Below are positions 61,346 through 64,000 of a DNA stretch of 64,000 nt, one piece after another. Position 1 is the first letter of the stretch. Each line of letters opens with the position of its first letter. The translations under genes and the position numbers were made by a program. This DNA comes from a bacterium (GTDB taxonomy: Bacteria > Desulfobacterota > DSWW01), in NCBI GenBank assembly GCA_040756235.1, contig JBFLZG010000114.1, positions 64,001 to 128,000 on the forward strand, read 5' to 3'. The notes under the pieces were generated by a model. That model saw only the letters and a list, made by a program, of their open reading frames with translations, searched no databases and was not told the DNA's origin.

Positions 61346-62917
61346 ATGAAAGCTGCTCTCGAAACCAGCCGCGAGTTGTTCCAGCAGGTTCCGGAGGATG
61401 CCTCCCAGGCCGATGCGGAACGCCTGTTCGCGCAAATCAACCGTGCGCACCGCCCGCACGTGCTCGCGCTGGACCCGCGGGAGGCGGCCCTCTTCCTGCC
61501 GCATTGCCTGAAGAGCCGCGACTGCGTCGGAACGAACGGCGAGGAGGGGCTGCGCTGCGCCCGCTGCGGACGCTGCGCCGTCGCCGGGCTGCTGGAGGAA
61601 GCGGAGGCGACCGGGGTGCAGGCGTTCTGCGTTCCGGGCGGGAGCCTGGTGGCGAAGCTCGTCGAAAAACACCGGCCCAGAGCCCTGATCGGGGTCGCCT
61701 GCCAGAAGGAAATCCTGCTGGCGCTCAAATTGCTGCACAACCGAGGGGTCCTCTTCCAGGTGTTTCCCCTGGACCGGGACGGGTGCTTCGAGACCGCGCT
61801 CGATGCGTCTCCGCTGCGCGACCTGTTAACCGACTGGAGAGAACGGCAGAAGAGTGGAGGAATGGAAAAGATGCAAGAAGAGCTTCTGGGGCCTGCCTGC
61901 GACGAACCGATCCCGGAGCGCTACGACGACAGGCTCCTGTCACGCCTGTGCGGAGAGACCGCCTACGCCTACGACACCGTCGGCCCCACCCGCGCCATCG
62001 CCGAGCCGGTCCGGGACTTTCTCGCCAGGGGCGGCAAGGGCCTGCGGTCCCGACTGTTCGGCATCGTCCTGGAGGCCTTCGGCAAAGACGAGAACGAATA
62101 CCAGGACCTCATGCAGATCGTGGAATTGAGCCACAACGGCACGCTCATCATCGACGACATCGAGGACGGAAGCTCGCACCGGCGGGGCAAGCCCTGCATC
62201 CATCACATCTACGGGACCGACGTGGCGATGAACGCCGGCAACGCCCTCTACTTCCTGTCCTTGCTCCCGCTGCTGCGGCGCCAGGGACAGCTTCCGGAGG
62301 AACGGCGGAGCCAGATCTTTGAGATCTACGTGCAGGGGATGATCCGGCTCCACTTCGGCCAGAGCATGGACATCGCCTGGCACAAGGGGCTCCTCGCCCT
62401 GGAGAAGATCACGGAAGAGAACTACCTCCAGATGTGCGGCCTCAAGACCGGGGCGCTCTATCAGATGAGCGCCGAGATGGCGGGCGTTCTGGCGGAGGCG
62501 GAGCCGGCAGCCGTCCAGGAGCTGGGCCGGTTCGGGTCCGCCATCGGCACCGCCTACCAGATCCAGGACGATGTCCTGGATCTGCAAGGCGAGAGGTTCG
62601 CCGCCGGCAAGGGCGGGTCGGGCAAGGACATCACGGAAGGCAAGGTGACCCTGCTGGTGATCCATGCCCTGCGCCGCGGCGGTGCGCAGGACCGGGAACG
62701 GCTGAAGGAGATCCTCGCGCTGCACACGACGGATCCGGCCCTCATTCAGGAGGGCATCTCGATCCTCACGGACTGCGGGTCGATCGAGTTCGCCTCCGGG
62801 AGGGCGCGGCAGATCCTGGACGAGGCCTGTGACCGGGTGCGCCCCTTCCTGCCGGAGGCGCCGTTCGAGTCCAGGCTCAGGCCGTTCGTGTGCTCCTTCC
62901 TGACTCGAGACCTGTAG
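61346..62917 (+). CDS. DUF116-polyprenyl diphosphate synthase fusion
   Basis: N-terminal LFLPHCLK..C...C..CGRC...VPGGS...LIGVAC..E (DUF116); C-terminal GGK.LR, DDIED.S..RRG, GQ.MD, KTG.L, QIQDDVLD, DITEGK.T. Confidence 0.88.
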   Translation: MKAALETSRELFQQVPEDASQADAERLFAQINRAHRPHVLALDPREAALFLPHCLKSRDCVGTNGEEGLRCARCGRCAVAGLLEEAEATGVQAFCVPGGSLVAKLVEKHRPRALIGVACQKEILLALKLLHNRGVLFQVFPLDRDGCFETALDASPLRDLLTDWRERQKSGGMEKMQEELLGPACDEPIPERYDDRLLSRLCGETAYAYDTVGPTRAIAEPVRDFLARGGKGLRSRLFGIVLEAFGKDENEYQDLMQIVELSHNGTLIIDDIEDGSSHRRGKPCIHHIYGTDVAMNAGNALYFLSLLPLLRRQGQLPEERRSQIFEIYVQGMIRLHFGQSMDIAWHKGLLALEKITEENYLQMCGLKTGALYQMSAEMAGVLAEAEPAAVQELGRFGSAIGTAYQIQDDVLDLQGERFAAGKGGSGKDITEGKVTLLVIHALRRGGAQDRERLKEILALHTTDPALIQEGISILTDCGSIEFASGRARQILDEACDRVRPFLPEAPFESRLRPFVCSFLTRDL

Positions 62918-62963
62918 CGGCTGTCCCAAAACCATCACCTGCGGAGCCTGTTGCGAGCGACCG

Positions 62964-62991
62964 GCAGGGGCGAAAAATTTTTCGCCCCTGC
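62964..62991. repeat. REP-like perfect palindrome
   Basis: GCAGGGGCGAAAAA|TTTTTCGCCCCTGC. Confidence 0.8.
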
Positions 62992-63086
62992 AGCGCCGGG
63001 CATCCGGACGTCCGAACAGCTTCCGCGCGCCAGATTCTTGCACCGCTTCCCCATACCGGGCTGCACCTTGCACGGGAGTTGCCAAC

Positions 63087-64000
63087 ATGGATGTCGGCGT
63101 CAGTGATATGGCCATCTACATTCCGCCTCTGTTCCTCGCTCACAAGCAGCTGGCCGAGGCCAGAGGGGTGCCATGGGAGAAATACGGCCACGGCCTGGGA
63201 AACGAGGGGATGGCGATCCTGCCCAACTGGGAGGACGCCGTCACCATGGCGGCCAACGCGGCCGCGCAACTCCTGGAGAAGACCGCCACGGACCCGGGCG
63301 AAGTCGGCCAGCTCGTCGTCAGCACGGAGAGCGGTGTGGATCACTCCAAGCCGGTGGCGAGCTTCGTCCAGGGTTTGCTCGGGATCGGCTCGCGCTGCCG
63401 CGTCTACGAGATCAAGCACGCCTGCTACGGCGGGACCGCGGGCCTGGTCCATTCTCTCGACTGGATGGCCCGCCGCAACGGCGCGGCCCAGAAGGCCCTG
63501 GTCATCATGACCGACGTGGCGCGCTACGCGTTTTCATCTCCGGGCGAACCCACCCAGGGGGCGGGAGCGGTCGCCTTGCTGGTGGAGGGGCATCCGCGCC
63601 TGTTCTGCCTGGACACCTCCCTGAACGGCATCTTCTCCCGGGACGTGTACGATTTCTGGCGCCCCACCGGGCACCGCGTGCCGATCGTGGACGGCAAGTA
63701 CTCCATCGCGTGCTATCTCACGGCCCTGGAGGCCGCCGCATCCCACCTCCGGTCGAACATGCGGATCCGAAGAGGCGAGCTGCTCGAATCCCTGGACTAC
63801 ATCGTGTACCACATGCCGTTCACCCACATGGCGAGAAAGGCGCACCGCAGGCTGGTGGAGATCGAATACGCCGAGCGCGATGCGGAGACGCGGGAGAGGA
63901 TCTTTGTGGAGACCTTCCGGGACAAGGTCGCGCCCTCCCTGCTCGGGGCCAGGGAGGTGGGCAACATCTACACCGGCTCCGTATACATGGGGCTCATGAG
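63087..64000 (+). CDS. mvaS: hydroxymethylglutaryl-CoA synthase (runs off the window; absent from the ORF track)
   Basis: Own translation: MDVGVSDMAIYIP...STESGVDHSK...EIKHACYGGT...DVARY...GEPTQGAGA...DVYDFWRP...YHMPF...VGNIYTGS. Confidence 0.92.
   Translation, partial: MDVGVSDMAIYIPPLFLAHKQLAEARGVPWEKYGHGLGNEGMAILPNWEDAVTMAANAAAQLLEKTATDPGEVGQLVVSTESGVDHSKPVASFVQGLLGIGSRCRVYEIKHACYGGTAGLVHSLDWMARRNGAAQKALVIMTDVARYAFSSPGEPTQGAGAVALLVEGHPRLFCLDTSLNGIFSRDVYDFWRPTGHRVPIVDGKYSIACYLTALEAAASHLRSNMRIRRGELLESLDYIVYHMPFTHMARKAHRRLVEIEYAERDAETRERIFVETFRDKVAPSLLGAREVGNIYTGSVYMGLM

Noticed and set aside
63087..64000. PKS beta-branching HMG synthase (PksG-like)
   Set aside because: DVYDFWRP is MvaS-like, it follows a prenyltransferase under a separate promoter, and no ECH or free ACP/KS cassette is visible.

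Overview
GC-rich bacterial chromosomal window; gene content suggests a Deltaproteobacteria/Desulfobacterota-like organism (inference). In order: (1) 0.1-11 kb: sigma54 activator, two acyl-CoA ligases, a CoA-transferase and an outer-membrane channel; (2) 11-15 kb: housekeeping genes (quinone oxidoreductase, ilvE, sixA, DUF488); (3) 15-29 kb: protein quality-control cluster (htrA, dnaJ, dnaK, htpX, degQ) with a GldA/F/G+DUF4340 ABC system in the middle; (4) 29-39 kb: two thiolases divergent from a DUF1302-DUF1329-YCF48-MMPL module; (5) a radical SAM/HhH gene; (6) 41-48 kb: a cobalamin-riboswitch operon (TonB receptor plus three surface proteins) whose riboswitch has an unusual insertion; (7) 48-64 kb: a lipid biosynthesis locus. 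The most notable element is a 2957-aa iterative type I PKS with the order KS-AT-KS-ACP-ACP-KR-DH-PPTase. Both ACPs carry Thr instead of the canonical Ser at the phosphopantetheine site (GIDTIK). It is followed by an acyl-CoA dehydrogenase and a serine-palmitoyltransferase-like enzyme, then a mycobacterial-type lipid O-methyltransferase, a DUF116-prenyltransferase fusion and HMG-CoA synthase. This is a candidate undescribed PKS-fed sphingoid/aminolipid pathway. Intergenic DNA holds a ~165-bp MITE-like repeat family and REP-like palindromes. No CRISPR, tRNA, rRNA or transposase was seen. All family calls are from motif recognition by eye, not database searches.
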